A stretch of DNA of 64,000 bases, taken from assembly GCA_963706025.1 (NCBI GenBank), contig CAVPLM010000005.1, positions 288,001 to 352,000 on the forward strand, in the 5' to 3' direction. The DNA is from an uncultured Actinomycetes bacterium. Lineage in GTDB: Bacteria > Actinomycetota > Thermoleophilia > RBG-16-64-13. This document shows, in pieces, positions 62,061 through 64,000 of the stretch. Within the stretch, counting starts at the first letter, position 1; every line of letters starts with the position of its first letter. Below the pieces are notes generated by a model that worked only from the letters and a program-made list of their open reading frames with translations, ran no database searches and was not told the DNA's origin. Both the position numbers and the translations under genes were made by a program.

Positions 62061-62213
62061 GTGCTCGACCTTGTGCGTGATCTGGCCCAAACTTGAGCCA
62101 ACACACTTTGCTCGGGAGGCTTGTTCGCCTGAACGGCGTATTACCTTTCAGGGGCGGTCACCCACCTGCTTCGGCAGGTTCAAGCGCCTGTCAGACACGG
62201 CAAGGTGGAGCAT
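62061..62213 (+). ncRNA. ssrS: 6S RNA (SsrS)
   Basis: Closing stem TGCTC.ACCTTG..CGTG.TCTGGC / GTCAGACACGGCAAGGT.GAGCA; motifs TTGAGCCAAC, GGGAG, CACCCACCTGC..GCAGGTTCAA resembling Firmicutes 6S; located after aspS. Confidence 0.8.
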
Positions 62214-62233
62214 TCTTCTTAGGAAGGGAAGAG

Positions 62234-62743
62234 ATGTTCAGACGAGGCACATATCTGATCGTGGTCTTGCTGCTGTTGGCCTGGGCAGCGGTTGTCGTAG
62301 CAGGGTGCAGTGGGGAGGAGGAGACCACCACCTCTATAGGTCAGGCCGTCACCGCCACCGTTCCGACAGGCGGGTCGGGGGGCAGCGCGAAGGATGTGCT
62401 GGGCAAGCCGCTTGAGACCACCGACTCCACCCCCGTCGAATACACCGAGGCCGTCGAACAGGGACGGCCCGTGGTGCTTCTGTTCTACGTGCCGGGGAGC
62501 ACCGATGACGTTCAGGTCCTGGAGAGCTTGACCACGCTGCAGGCGGATTTCGAAGAGTATGTCTTCCTGCTCTACGACTACAGTAGGCCGAGTGCCTACG
62601 GCGACCTGCCAACGCTGCTCGAAGTGAACTATCCCCCTGAGCTCGTGCTGGTAGACGGACTGGGTATCCCCAGGGAGATCTGGAACGGCTTCGTCGACGA
62701 AGGCACCATCAACCAGGGTCTGGTGAATCTGGGGCAGATCTGA
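62234..62743 (+). CDS. Hypothetical lipoprotein, possible thioredoxin-like fold without CxxC
   Basis: Lipobox VAG|C; GRPVVLLFY...VNYPPELVLVDG. Confidence 0.7.
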   Translation: MFRRGTYLIVVLLLLAWAAVVVAGCSGEEETTTSIGQAVTATVPTGGSGGSAKDVLGKPLETTDSTPVEYTEAVEQGRPVVLLFYVPGSTDDVQVLESLTTLQADFEEYVFLLYDYSRPSAYGDLPTLLEVNYPPELVLVDGLGIPREIWNGFVDEGTINQGLVNLGQI

Positions 62744-62771
62744 CCCTCTCTGTGGTAATCGAGATCGAAGC

Positions 62772-62795
62772 GAGGGCCGGGTCGTTCCGGCCCTC
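62772..62795 (+). terminator. Hairpin downstream of lipoprotein gene
   Basis: GAGGGCCGG-GTCGTT-CCGGCCCTC. Confidence 0.5.
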
Positions 62796-62816
62796 AGTGC
62801 AATGTGAGACACGCGC

Positions 62817-64000
62817 ATGGCCGACATGACCGACGAGAGGCCGGACAAGGCCCAAGCTGTCTACAGCGAGCCGATCGTGGCTCGACTGGGCTCCGGCGCG
62901 GGCGTAGCCCCGCTCAAGCGGGTGGACGCTACCGGCGAGGCAGGCAGCGTCGACTGTGGGGCGCTGGTACGGATCGAGCTGACTCTGGGCGGCGGTGCCG
63001 TTCAGGGAACTCGGTACCAAGCCTACGGTTGTCCTGCGACGATCGCCTGCGCCGGCGAGACCGCCGCCAGGGTCGAGGGGAAGTCGTTCCTGGAGGCCGC
63101 GACGGTGTCGGAGCAGGCGATCGGTGAAGCTCTTGGCCTGGCCCCTGGGCAACTGACGTCGGCTACGCTCGCGCTGGAAGCTCTGCACAGCGCGTTGGGC
63201 AGCGCCGCAGCCTCGATCGAGGAGTTGCACCCCCCCGGACCGAGCGTCGACGAAGGCGGCGTACTGGTGGGGATGAGCGGGGGCGTGGACAGCGCTGTGG
63301 CCGCCATGCTGCTCAAGCACCAGGGATACCGGGTGGTCGGAGTGACTTTGAAGCTGTGGAGCGATCCGTCGTCGACCGACGAGCGGACCTGCTGTTCCCC
63401 GGAGGCGGTGCGGCGGGCGCGACGGACGGCCCACGGCCTTGGCATCCCTCATCTGACGGTGGACGCGTCGGAGGCCTTCTACCGAGAAGTCGTGAGCTAC
63501 TTCGTAGAGCAGTACGGGAAGGGCATGACCCCCAACCCGTGCGCCAAGTGCAATGCACGCGTGCGCATCGGCCTGATGCTGGAGATCGCGGGTCGCCTCG
63601 GACTCTCTCGTATCGCTACCGGGCACTACGCCCGGCTGGGCGGCAGCCCGCCCACTCTTATGCGGGGGGTCGATCGTCTGAAAGACCAGTCCTATGTCCT
63701 GGCAGAGGTATCCCCGGAGATGCTACGCCAGGCGGTCTTCCCTGTCGGCAGTATGACCAAGACAGAGGTCAAGGCCATGGCTTCTGAGGCCGGGCTCGAG
63801 GGTCATGCAGTCCCCGAGAGCCAGGAGATCTGCTTCGTGGCGAACGACGATCACAGACGTTTCTTGTGCGAGCGTCTGGGGGAGCGCCCCGGAATCATCG
63901 TGGATGGAGAAGGCCGGCCTATCGGCCGCCACTCGGGCACTTACAACTTCACCATCGGGCAGCGAAAGGGCTTGGGCATCGCGTCGCCGGTCCCACTGTA
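62817..64000 (+). CDS. mnmA: tRNA 2-thiouridylase MnmA with N-terminal IscU/NifU_N-like domain; runs off the window
   Basis: Manual translation: GEAGSVDCGALVRI..YQAYGCPATIAC in frame with GMSGGVDS, CCS, PNPCAKCN, ATGHYA, KDQSY, ESQEICF. Confidence 0.92.
   Translation, partial: MADMTDERPDKAQAVYSEPIVARLGSGAGVAPLKRVDATGEAGSVDCGALVRIELTLGGGAVQGTRYQAYGCPATIACAGETAARVEGKSFLEAATVSEQAIGEALGLAPGQLTSATLALEALHSALGSAAASIEELHPPGPSVDEGGVLVGMSGGVDSAVAAMLLKHQGYRVVGVTLKLWSDPSSTDERTCCSPEAVRRARRTAHGLGIPHLTVDASEAFYREVVSYFVEQYGKGMTPNPCAKCNARVRIGLMLEIAGRLGLSRIATGHYARLGGSPPTLMRGVDRLKDQSYVLAEVSPEMLRQAVFPVGSMTKTEVKAMASEAGLEGHAVPESQEICFVANDDHRRFLCERLGERPGIIVDGEGRPIGRHSGTYNFTIGQRKGLGIASPVPL

Noticed and set aside
1-64000. 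CRISPR arrays, IS elements, prophage, defence systems
   Set aside because: No regularly spaced repeats or corresponding genes; nearly all sequence is explained by housekeeping genes.

Overview
GC-rich chromosomal core region. Gene content and order (rpmB-asp23-fakA-degV-recG-rsmD-coaD-DUF177-rpmF; yebC-ruvCAB-queA-tgt-yajC-secDF-recJ-rel-hisS-aspS) suggest a deep-branching, probably anaerobic monoderm; a Thermoleophilia-like actinobacterium is my inference. 1-6.5 kb: type IV pilin locus with two major-type pilins, a TPR lipoprotein, four minor pilins and a divergent pilin-FN3 adhesin, driven by back-to-back sigma-28 (FliA/WhiG-type) promoters. Next come a Cys-rich protein, rnz, tRNA-Arg(CCG), lipB, a deacetylase/DUF4015 pair, adenine deaminase, an ACT-LIV-type ABC-PaaK cluster, metK-priA-def-fmt-rpe, an FMN riboswitch with the rib operon, a non-canonical EF-G paralog plus rubredoxin, an RpiR regulator, queuosine genes, a Firmicutes-like 6S RNA after aspS and an IscU-domain::MnmA fusion running off the right edge. 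Six genes carry single-base frameshifts, five in short G runs, most likely long-read errors. No CRISPR array, integrase or transposase was seen. All family assignments come from motif recognition by eye, not database searches.
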